The notes below the pieces were generated by a model. The model was not told where the DNA came from and did no database searches. It was given only the letters and a program-made list of their open reading frames with translations. A stretch of 58,292 bases of DNA from a virus. Lineage: Duplodnaviria; Caudoviricetes. Where the stretch lies: IMG/VR virus record IMGVR_UViG_3300030328_005013, positions 1-58,292 of that record; one strand, written 5' to 3'. Of the stretch, positions 8,861 to 15,814 are shown in pieces. Within the stretch, counting starts at the first letter, position 1. The number at the start of each line of letters is the position of its first letter. Both the position numbers and the translations under genes were made by a program.

Positions 8861-9465
8861 TACCCACACCTCCTACTAAACCCAGCACATATTGACATAA
8901 CAACTGATAATACGATAGCTAAAATCATAAAGTCGCTGTATTCTTTAATTTTAATGTTTAATAAATCAGACTGTTCCTCATTATAATACATTTTTGTATC
9001 CATAATATTGTTGATCGCACCAATTGTAGGGTCAGTCATTTCATACATTTTAGGAACTGATGACTTAATCATTTCAATATTATTTGTGTTACCCCATTCA
9101 ATTAATTGGTTAACATAGATATTTATTTTCTTCTCTTGCTCAAAAACAAACTCAGCATACTCTACTTCTTTAGGCGTTATATCTTTTTTATAACCTTGTA
9201 AATACTCATCCTTATACACCCTCTCTTCTTCTAAAATTTCTACCATTTCTGCGGGTGTGATTACTCCATGAGAAGTTTTTACTACTGAGTTTACTATAAT
9301 TACTCCATACCAATCAAAGCACATGCCTATTTCCATAATGGAAGACTCTGATTGTCGAGCATTCTCTTTTAGTGTGTTTTGAATATCTTCCGTAAGGCTT
9401 AACCCTTTGAAGCCAAAGGCTAAACAAATAGCGGCTAAACAGTATACAATAAACTTTGGTCTCAT
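8860..9465 (-). CDS. Two-TM membrane protein with a chemoreceptor-like (4HB_MCP/Tar-type) periplasmic domain and no cytoplasmic signalling domain
   Basis: TM1 FIVYCLAAICLAFGF, TM2 FMILAIVLSVVMSICAGF; segments YGVIIVNSVVK, YKKDITPKE and MYEMTDP..AINNIMD recall 4HB_MCP sensor domains. Confidence 0.6.
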   Translation of the reverse strand: MRPKFIVYCLAAICLAFGFKGLSLTEDIQNTLKENARQSESSIMEIGMCFDWYGVIIVNSVVKTSHGVITPAEMVEILEEERVYKDEYLQGYKKDITPKEVEYAEFVFEQEKKINIYVNQLIEWGNTNNIEMIKSSVPKMYEMTDPTIGAINNIMDTKMYYNEEQSDLLNIKIKEYSDFMILAIVLSVVMSICAGFSRRCG

Positions 9466-9779
9466 TTTTTAAGAAATTTTTCTGGGTTCTTAGCAAATTT
9501 TTCGCCCATTCTTACTATCCCACTAATAACCTCTGGGCTTATTACGCCAATAATACCGTAAGTAATCGCCTTAGTTAAAGATGATACGTCAGTTTGTTCT
9601 AAAACAAACCAAGCAATGCCAGCAGCTAGGGCCGCTGTAATCACCCTTTTAAACTGTTGTTTAAGCGTTAATCCATTATTACCTGATAAGAGCCTAGCAA
9701 ACATCGCAGCAGCGCCTACAAGCGGGACTAACCAACCTCCACTGAGGAATTCTTTGATTAAAGACTTTTCAGGTTCCAT
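9462..9779 (-). CDS. Holin (LydA-like, about 3 TM)
   Basis: 105 aa, three hydrophobic segments, basic C-terminus, first gene of the operon ending in the endolysin. Confidence 0.7.
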   Translation of the reverse strand: MEPEKSLIKEFLSGGWLVPLVGAAAMFARLLSGNNGLTLKQQFKRVITAALAAGIAWFVLEQTDVSSLTKAITYGIIGVISPEVISGIVRMGEKFAKNPEKFLKK

Positions 9780-9790
9780 GTAATTACATT

Positions 9791-9796
9791 CTACAC
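9791..9796 (-). promoter_or_regulatory. GTGTAR upstream motif
   Basis: GTGTAG 11 nt before holin ATG, directly after a terminator. Confidence 0.55.
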
Positions 9797-9827
9797 AAAA
9801 AAAGCCACCCGTGCAGGTGGCTTTTTT
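9797..9827. terminator. Bidirectional intrinsic terminator
   Basis: aaaaaagccacc-cgtgca-ggtggctttttt. Confidence 0.85.
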
Positions 9828-9852
9828 ATTTTATAATTAAAAGTAATTTAAA

Positions 9853-10545
9853 TTAGAACTTGTAAGAGACTCCTGCTCCGACAGACCACTCGTTATCTAA
9901 GCTATATGCGCTAGAAGAATCGAGGTCATTGTCGTTATAAGCGCCTTTTACAAAAACAGAAGCACCGTCTGTAATTTTATAAGCAGCAGCTAGACCTGCC
10001 TCAAGAGCAGTGTATTCATCAGCAAGATTAAGTCCGACAAAAGGTGTCAACACAAGACCTTCTACTGGAGTAGCAATGTCGCGAGAGAGAATGAACTCTA
10101 CGCCATAAGAGCCACCAGAACCTCCTCCAACTTCATGCCATGCAGTTGCTGTAAGATCTGCAAGAGTATGGCTATAAGTAAGACCCACTCCAACTTCGTC
10201 CCAGCCTCCAAAGGAAGAATCAACCCTTTGAAAATAAAACTCAGCCCCGAGGTCTTGGCCAAGAAGAGTAACCCCCCTTGAGTAAGCAAGGGAGATGTCT
10301 TGTTCGTATCCCTCGTCAACGTCAAAGATGTCGATACCGACAGAAGCAGTGCCTCCAGCTTTTACTGGGGCAGAGAGTGTAAGTGAATAACTAAAAGCGT
10401 CATCCCTAATGCCAACTCCTCCGCTAGTCGAAAGAGTGCTATATGAAACACCACCTTCTACAGAGACATCTGCCAAAGTGGTTGCTTTAACTGCGCCAAC
10501 CATAGCAGCGCCCATAAGTAGTGTTGTAAGAATAAGTTTCTTCAT
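9853..10545 (-). CDS. Outer-membrane beta-barrel protein
   Basis: Sec signal peptide (MKKLILTTLLMGAAMVGAVKA), alternating amphipathic strands, C-terminal beta-signal VGAGVSYKF. Confidence 0.85.
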   Translation of the reverse strand: MKKLILTTLLMGAAMVGAVKATTLADVSVEGGVSYSTLSTSGGVGIRDDAFSYSLTLSAPVKAGGTASVGIDIFDVDEGYEQDISLAYSRGVTLLGQDLGAEFYFQRVDSSFGGWDEVGVGLTYSHTLADLTATAWHEVGGGSGGSYGVEFILSRDIATPVEGLVLTPFVGLNLADEYTALEAGLAAAYKITDGASVFVKGAYNDNDLDSSSAYSLDNEWSVGAGVSYKF

Positions 10546-10551
10546 GAGATT

Positions 10552-10580
10552 AATATATATTACAGAATTGTAATGGTCAA
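10552..10580 (-). promoter_or_regulatory. Sigma70-like promoter, probably leaderless
   Basis: TTGACC-N17-TATATT-N6-ATG. Confidence 0.65.
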
Positions 10581-10608
10581 GGGAAAAATTATCCAGAAAT
10601 AAGGAAAA

Positions 10609-10824
10609 TTAAACAGCTTCTACAGCCTCTAGAGGCTCAGCAAATTCAGGGCTAACCTCCTGTGTGATAGGAGTGTTATCAATGCCTCTGGCAGCTTGCT
10701 TGATTTTAGTGGCTAACACTAATGCGTTTTGTGCTACATTTAGTCCTTGTGCTCTTACGGCTACATCTAAAAGGCCAATAAGTGCATTCATTTCCTCGTC
10801 GGAGAATTCGATTGTAGTATTCAT
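10609..10824 (-). CDS. Hypothetical protein
   Basis: 71-aa ORF; upstream TTGATT-N16-TATAAT. Confidence 0.7.
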   Translation of the reverse strand: MNTTIEFSDEEMNALIGLLDVAVRAQGLNVAQNALVLATKIKQAARGIDNTPITQEVSPEFAEPLEAVEAV

Positions 10825-10857
10825 ATATGCAATATTATAAATTAATAATACAAAAAA

Positions 10858-11142
10858 TCAAGGCCAAGTTACAAAATGTGTTTGGCCTGTATAGGAATAT
10901 CCTGCGTTGTATGGAGCCAGAAATAAACCTGTGGTTTCCCAGATGCCAGACATTATGTCAACCTTCCTGTTATACTCCCTCATATCATGATACGCCAAAT
11001 CCATACCCTCAAATCCTGTGATACCAGATCCACTTAAGAAACGCCCTGTCAATTCAGCACGATAAACCTGCCAAACCCCACTACCTGTAGCTGTTTCGGA
11101 GTGGATTTGACCTCTAAGTGGACTGCCTTCTTGATATGCCAT
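10858..11142 (-). CDS. Small (S/T)G-rich probable virion protein
   Basis: 9 TG/SG dipeptides in 94 aa; GTGTAG upstream. Confidence 0.6.
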   Translation of the reverse strand: MAYQEGSPLRGQIHSETATGSGVWQVYRAELTGRFLSGSGITGFEGMDLAYHDMREYNRKVDIMSGIWETTGLFLAPYNAGYSYTGQTHFVTWP

Positions 11143-11151
11143 TACTAGAAT

Positions 11152-11157
11152 CTACAC
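11152..11157 (-). promoter_or_regulatory. GTGTAR upstream motif
   Basis: GTGTAG 9 nt before ATG 11142. Confidence 0.5.
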
Positions 11158-11167
11158 TTAAAAGTGT

Positions 11168-11437
11168 TTATTTCCCGCTAGGAAAATAAAGCTGTCTCTC
11201 TAAGCGTCTAAATCTAGCATCAGAATGCCAGACTTCATTTTGTTGTGGAGTATAGATTCCTTTACTTGTCTCGATTGGAGTCCCTTTTGTCAAACTGAGA
11301 GTAGAAGGCTGATAGATGTTTAAAGGAGTTGTCTTCACGGATGAGTTCGTCGCGCAAGAGATCAGCACGGTCGGGATCACCGCCAATAGCCCTAATATTC
11401 TCAAGTTCTTGAATAATTCTTTCTCTTTCTTCTTCAT
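11168..11437 (-). CDS. Lipoprotein, putative o-spanin (Rz1-like)
   Basis: Basic N-terminus, hydrophobic stretch, lipobox LIS-C, Pro/Thr-rich mature part; overlaps the upstream ORF in another frame. Confidence 0.6.
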   Translation of the reverse strand: MKKKEKELFKNLRILGLLAVIPTVLISCATNSSVKTTPLNIYQPSTLSLTKGTPIETSKGIYTPQQNEVWHSDARFRRLERQLYFPSGK

Positions 11438-11528
11438 GGTCTCTTTTTAATTGTAAATAGAAAGTCTTATTTTTTAAAGATAAAAATAACTCAATTGATT
11501 TTAAAACAGATTTAATTAAGGAAAGCAT
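11262..11528 (-). CDS. Putative i-spanin (Rz-like)
   Basis: Amphipathic N-terminus plus charged helical region, overlapping the lipoprotein gene by 176 nt. Confidence 0.45.
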   Translation of the reverse strand: MLSLIKSVLKSIELFLSLKNKTFYLQLKRDHEEERERIIQELENIRAIGGDPDRADLLRDELIREDNSFKHLSAFYSQFDKRDSNRDK

Positions 11529-12357
11529 CTATGTTCTCTTCTACATAATCCTCTACACTTTTCCAGTTATATTCGCCGATTATTTCGGTAATTTTAGAAT
11601 TATCAGCTTTAGTTAATTTTTGATATTGGCCTTTCAGTTCTTTCGGCATTGGTATTTGTTTTATACTACAATTGCATCGTGATTTAATTATTTCTGCTAC
11701 ATCTCTAAAAGAAATAGCATTTCCTGTCCCTATATTAAAAACACCTGAAGCATCTGAGTTTAAAAGCTTTACATGCATTTCGCAAACATCTTCAACAGAA
11801 ACAAAATCTCTTTTATATTTCTCACTTTTATCAAAAATTTCTATCTCGCCACTCCTCTGGGCTTGGTTAATAAACTTAGAGACAGGACTAGCTTGCTTGC
11901 CTTTTTTATCTTCCCCCAATCCATAAACATTAAAATACCTTAATCCTTGGTAGGGGTAATCTTGATTCATTAGCCAACAATCAAAGATGTATTTACTAAA
12001 TGCGTATGGGCTAAGTGGTTTACAGAAATCAGTTTCTTTAAAGGTTTTGGAATCACCATAAACAGAGCCACTGCTAGCATATTGAAACTTAACGTCATAA
12101 CCCTCACATAACTCGTAAAGCATTACTGAAAACTCAAAATTCTGTTTTAGAATTTTTTTAAGGTCTTTTTCCGTAGTTGATGAATTTGCCCCCAAATGTA
12201 TTACGACATCTTGACTGCCTACATCGGGAATTGCATTTGGATCGCCTTTATTTATGTCAAATCTTGTAACATCGTATCCACGATGTTCCAAGTATGAGCA
12301 CAAATTGCCACCTATGAACCCTCCAGAGCCTGTTACTAGTATTCTATTCAGAGTCAC
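11512..12357 (-). CDS. hldD: ADP-L-glycero-D-manno-heptose 6-epimerase-like SDR
   Basis: VTGSGGFIG, HLGANSSTTE, YASSGSVYG, YAFSK, LRYFNVYG..E..KG..AS; probable GTG start at 12357. Confidence 0.85.
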   Translation of the reverse strand: MTLNRILVTGSGGFIGGNLCSYLEHRGYDVTRFDINKGDPNAIPDVGSQDVVIHLGANSSTTEKDLKKILKQNFEFSVMLYELCEGYDVKFQYASSGSVYGDSKTFKETDFCKPLSPYAFSKYIFDCWLMNQDYPYQGLRYFNVYGLGEDKKGKQASPVSKFINQAQRSGEIEIFDKSEKYKRDFVSVEDVCEMHVKLLNSDASGVFNIGTGNAISFRDVAEIIKSRCNCSIKQIPMPKELKGQYQKLTKADNSKITEIIGEYNWKSVEDYVEENIDAFLN

Positions 12358-12832
12358 AATCGCAATCTTCTTCGCAATCCGAAGTGCATTCTTCTTCTTT
12401 TGGAGAGGGTTGTTTAAAATCTGCGAGCTTAGGCATCTTATCAGATAAACCAAAAATCTCAGCAATTTTTTCCATTTTAAAGTCCGAGGCTTTTATTTCA
12501 TTTAAAAGCCTGTCAAGCTCTTCCTCTCCTGTTTCCTCTATTTCTGCTTCTGCAAAGTAATTAAAGTTATCAGAAAATTGTATATTTTCAATTAATTCAA
12601 CAACAAGCTCATCACCTTTAAAGGATTTTTGAATTGAATAAGAAGAGTGTGTTCTGGAATATTGATCTCGCAGATTGCTTTCTCCCAAGTCTACTTCTCC
12701 TCCAGCCTTTCTATATTCTTTTAAAACCCAGACTTTTTTGCTGTATTCTGAGGCTTCAGGGAATTGCATATCTGCGTCAAAGGATAAGCTTTGACGCAAT
12801 TTGTCATCTAGGAACGTAACAGTGTAAGGCAT
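12344..12832 (-). CDS. Hypothetical protein with acidic Cys-rich tail
   Basis: Ends EEECTSDCEEDCDCDSE; GTGTAA upstream. Confidence 0.7.
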   Translation of the reverse strand: MPYTVTFLDDKLRQSLSFDADMQFPEASEYSKKVWVLKEYRKAGGEVDLGESNLRDQYSRTHSSYSIQKSFKGDELVVELIENIQFSDNFNYFAEAEIEETGEEELDRLLNEIKASDFKMEKIAEIFGLSDKMPKLADFKQPSPKEEECTSDCEEDCDCDSE

Positions 12833-12842
12833 TTTTAGTGTC

Positions 12843-12848
12843 TTACAC
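12843..12848 (-). promoter_or_regulatory. GTGTAR upstream motif
   Basis: GTGTAA 10 nt before ATG 12832. Confidence 0.5.
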
Positions 12849-12851
12849 CTA

Positions 12852-13076
12852 TTATGCCTTTTGACCCTCTGTTTTCTGCTGAGTTTCTTCTACTTTTTTA
12901 GAAAGTTCTTCAAGAGCCGATTCTTTTTCTTGATCAGACATCTCTTCTAAGTTTTTTTCTACCTCCCCAATAGCTATATTGTGGATAATATTAATAGACT
13001 CAGCAAGAGTTACTCTTGAGACCATTTCTGCGGTAAGAAGATCTCTAAGTTTATTTTCTTTTTCTTCAGATAGCAT
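12852..13076 (-). CDS. Hypothetical helical acidic protein
   Basis: Start reassigned to ATG 13076 (MLSEEKEN...), directly after the upstream stop. Confidence 0.65.
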   Translation of the reverse strand: MLSEEKENKLRDLLTAEMVSRVTLAESINIIHNIAIGEVEKNLEEMSDQEKESALEELSKKVEETQQKTEGQKA

Positions 13077-13077
13077 A

Positions 13078-13296
13078 TTACTCTTCTTTTTCTTTGCTGG
13101 CATAGATTCTAATATCAGGCTGATTGGAGCCTTTTTCTTTGAATGTGTTGGGGAAGCAAACAATTTTTACATCATTACCTTCTGAATCTTTGATAGATCC
13201 GCTATAGTAAGACTGCTTGTTTCCGTCAACTCTCCAGAGAGCGCCTAATTCGCGCTTGCTCCACTCACTTTTTTCTTTTGTATTATCTTCAGACAT
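13078..13296 (-). CDS. DUF736-like small protein
   Basis: ELGALW...YYSGSI...FPN...NQPDIRIY. Confidence 0.6.
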   Translation of the reverse strand: MSEDNTKEKSEWSKRELGALWRVDGNKQSYYSGSIKDSEGNDVKIVCFPNTFKEKGSNQPDIRIYASKEKEE

Positions 13297-13301
13297 AAAT
13301 T

Positions 13302-13469
13302 TTAATCTTGGTTATCAAATCGACCTTCCATTTTCTTCCAGAAAACTTCTGGTCCGAGAGCATTATACTGCGACTTCAATCGCTTGTAAAGGTTTTTTTG
13401 GATTGGATTGGCATTTTTTTTGTCATATCCAATTAATCTACGGATTTTTTTAGCTACTGAACCACTCAC
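13302..13469 (-). CDS. Small basic hypothetical protein (55 aa, not in ORF track)
   Basis: GTG start overlapping the Clp stop (GTGA): MSGSVAKKIRRLIGYDKKNANPIQKNLYKRLKSQY...; fills the operon gap. Confidence 0.65.
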   Translation of the reverse strand: MSGSVAKKIRRLIGYDKKNANPIQKNLYKRLKSQYNALGPEVFWKKMEGRFDNQD

Positions 13470-15814
13470 GCAATATCATCGCCTTTTGTTTGTTTTTTGT
13501 CAACAAAAAGTTTTATATTTTTGTCTCCTTTTAAAGTTTTATCAGATATATATGGTGTTATTTGTGATAATATCTTTTTATTTAAGGCTTCTGTTTTGTT
13601 TTTAGCTTTGCAAATTTGCTCAGTAACCCTCTTTATATAATCAAAATCAAAGTTTAGATAAATATCATTATCTTCTAACCTGTTTTTTAGTCTTTTTAAT
13701 TTCATCCACAACAGTCTCCGTAGATCTTTTTCAGTGAGTTCTTTTAGGATAAAATAATCATCTATTTGTGATAAAAGCTCTGGGTGAATCATTAGATTGT
13801 TTTTACCTTCACCTGCTGCTTGAAATCCCATAGAGGATTGGCTGCTTGACAGAGAGCATGTCAAAAATATTTTACAGTTTGAAAAATCTGCGATATCCCC
13901 ATTGGTCATTTGGAACCTCCCATGCTTGAAGATTTGACTGAAAATAGCGATTGAGGAGTTGTCTATCTTGTGAAAGTCATCAATAATTAAAACGCTATTA
14001 GGGGTGATATTTATTTTTTCACATATTGATGTATTTGTTCCCTGCGAAGAAGCTATTTTATGTGGAGCGAAATTATCGGAAAAATGCACACCACTGTAAG
14101 ATAAAACATTTATACCTCTTTTTTGAAGAGAGTCTTTTAGCAAGTCTAGAAAATAAGACTTACCGCTAAAACTAGAACCACTAACTACAAAGCAATCAGG
14201 TGATGAAAAATTATCAGATTTTTTTAATCCTAAACCAGAGAGAATTAGTTTTTCTTTAAGATTATTTAAGAAATCTCTTTGACCAACTAAGCTTTTAGAT
14301 AAGCATTTAAATAACTTGTCTATAGTATCTTTGTTGCTTAATGGGTTCTTCTTTTTATCAAAGAAATCTTTTAAATGCTTAAGTTTTACTATAGGTGTTT
14401 TATCCTCAACCCCTTCTGTCCATTTCTCTAAGCTGGCATTTAGCTTTTCTAGTAATTCTGCGTGATCTTTCTCAGGGTCAAGCGCGGCCTTAACTGTCTC
14501 AGTTTGTATGGCCTTTATCGAAGGTGTAACGTGCCAAAAATTAACTTTAGCTTGAGCACCACAATGATCAATTACGTCTATAGCTTTATCTGGGTAAAAC
14601 TTATTGGGGATATATTTTTCACAATATTCTATTATATTATTTAAGAATCTATCACTATACTCAACTGCATGAAACTCTTCGTAATATGATACAATAGTTG
14701 GAAGGATTTCTTCCATCTGGAATTTAGATGGTTCTTTAATTATAACTCTCTCAAACCTCCGATCTAATGCAGTATCTTTTTTTATCGTATTTGTATATTC
14801 ATTAATTGTTGTAGCGCCTATGCAACTTATTGTGCCTCTAGCAAGTTCTGGTTTGAGTATATTAGAAGCTTCTAGTGAATTATTTGTCGCTCCTCCTGCC
14901 CCTATTAAGGTGTGAACTTCGTCTATGAAGAGAATTAAGTTTGAGTATTGTTTAGCTTCATTAACAAAATCCTCTAATCTTTTCTCAAACTGCCCTCTGT
15001 ATTCAGTGCCAGCGACCATGCTAGATAAACTAACAGAGTATATTACTTTATTTGCTATAAGTTCTGGAGCATCTCCAGCAACTATTTTAGCCGCTAACCC
15101 TTCTACTAGAGAAGTTTTTCCCGTTCCCGCTGGGCCTACCAATATTGCGTTCGGTTTTTTCTTTCGACAAAGAATCGTAGCCAGTTCATCAATTTTCCCA
15201 TCGAAATCAACAATCTTATCAAACTCCTTATTTAAAGCTTTTAAGTTTAAGTTTTCTGCAAATTGACACAAAATTGGATTCTGCTCAAACATGTCTATCC
15301 AGTGTTCTGGAGTTTCGACATCTGCTTCTAAAGGACCAAAGGTGTCATCAAATTCAAGATCTTTTATTCCTAAGGAACATTCTGTTATGAACCCTAAAAC
15401 TGTAGCGTCTGATTTATCGTCTTTTTCAGGGTAAAGCTCTTTAATTACTTTAGGAGAATGAACATTATCAAAAAAAGTCATTAAGATTATTTCTGGGGGA
15501 ATATAATCTAAGTCAAAGCTTTCTTCAGCTATGCCTTCAGCAGTTGCTAAAAGTTTTCTAACATCTGTTTTTACAGTTCTTTTTACATTTTTATTTTCTC
15601 TTTTTTTACTTAAGCAATGCCTAGATTCTTTGAGCCATTCTTTTGGATCTATATGAACCCTCTTGAAAATAGAAGAGCAAGAAAGACTTAAATCGCTTAA
15701 GAAGCAGTGAAAAAATAAATCAATGTCTACCCCATTCCTTTTTAAGATGACGGATAGGTCTTGAGATTTTTCTAAAACTCCCTCTATGTGGGGTGTCAAA
15801 GGAAGTTTAGTCAC
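13466..15814 (-). CDS. ClpA/ClpC-like AAA+ ATPase
   Basis: Clp N-domain-like start; D1 GPAGTGKT, AGTEYRGQFE, LFIDEVH, ALDRRF; PDKAIDVID; divergent D2 with SMGF loop. Confidence 0.9.
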   Translation of the reverse strand: MTKLPLTPHIEGVLEKSQDLSVILKRNGVDIDLFFHCFLSDLSLSCSSIFKRVHIDPKEWLKESRHCLSKKRENKNVKRTVKTDVRKLLATAEGIAEESFDLDYIPPEIILMTFFDNVHSPKVIKELYPEKDDKSDATVLGFITECSLGIKDLEFDDTFGPLEADVETPEHWIDMFEQNPILCQFAENLNLKALNKEFDKIVDFDGKIDELATILCRKKKPNAILVGPAGTGKTSLVEGLAAKIVAGDAPELIANKVIYSVSLSSMVAGTEYRGQFEKRLEDFVNEAKQYSNLILFIDEVHTLIGAGGATNNSLEASNILKPELARGTISCIGATTINEYTNTIKKDTALDRRFERVIIKEPSKFQMEEILPTIVSYYEEFHAVEYSDRFLNNIIEYCEKYIPNKFYPDKAIDVIDHCGAQAKVNFWHVTPSIKAIQTETVKAALDPEKDHAELLEKLNASLEKWTEGVEDKTPIVKLKHLKDFFDKKKNPLSNKDTIDKLFKCLSKSLVGQRDFLNNLKEKLILSGLGLKKSDNFSSPDCFVVSGSSFSGKSYFLDLLKDSLQKRGINVLSYSGVHFSDNFAPHKIASSQGTNTSICEKINITPNSVLIIDDFHKIDNSSIAIFSQIFKHGRFQMTNGDIADFSNCKIFLTCSLSSSQSSMGFQAAGEGKNNLMIHPELLSQIDDYFILKELTEKDLRRLLWMKLKRLKNRLEDNDIYLNFDFDYIKRVTEQICKAKNKTEALNKKILSQITPYISDKTLKGDKNIKLFVDKKQTKGDDIA

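Noticed and set aside
8445-8879. 144-aa plus-strand ORF over the endolysin
   Set aside because: Antisense shadow with no recognisable features
9314-9496. 60-aa same-strand ORF nested in the holin/sensor junction as an embedded spanin
   Set aside because: No convincing lipobox or start context; a better spanin-like pair exists at 11168-11528
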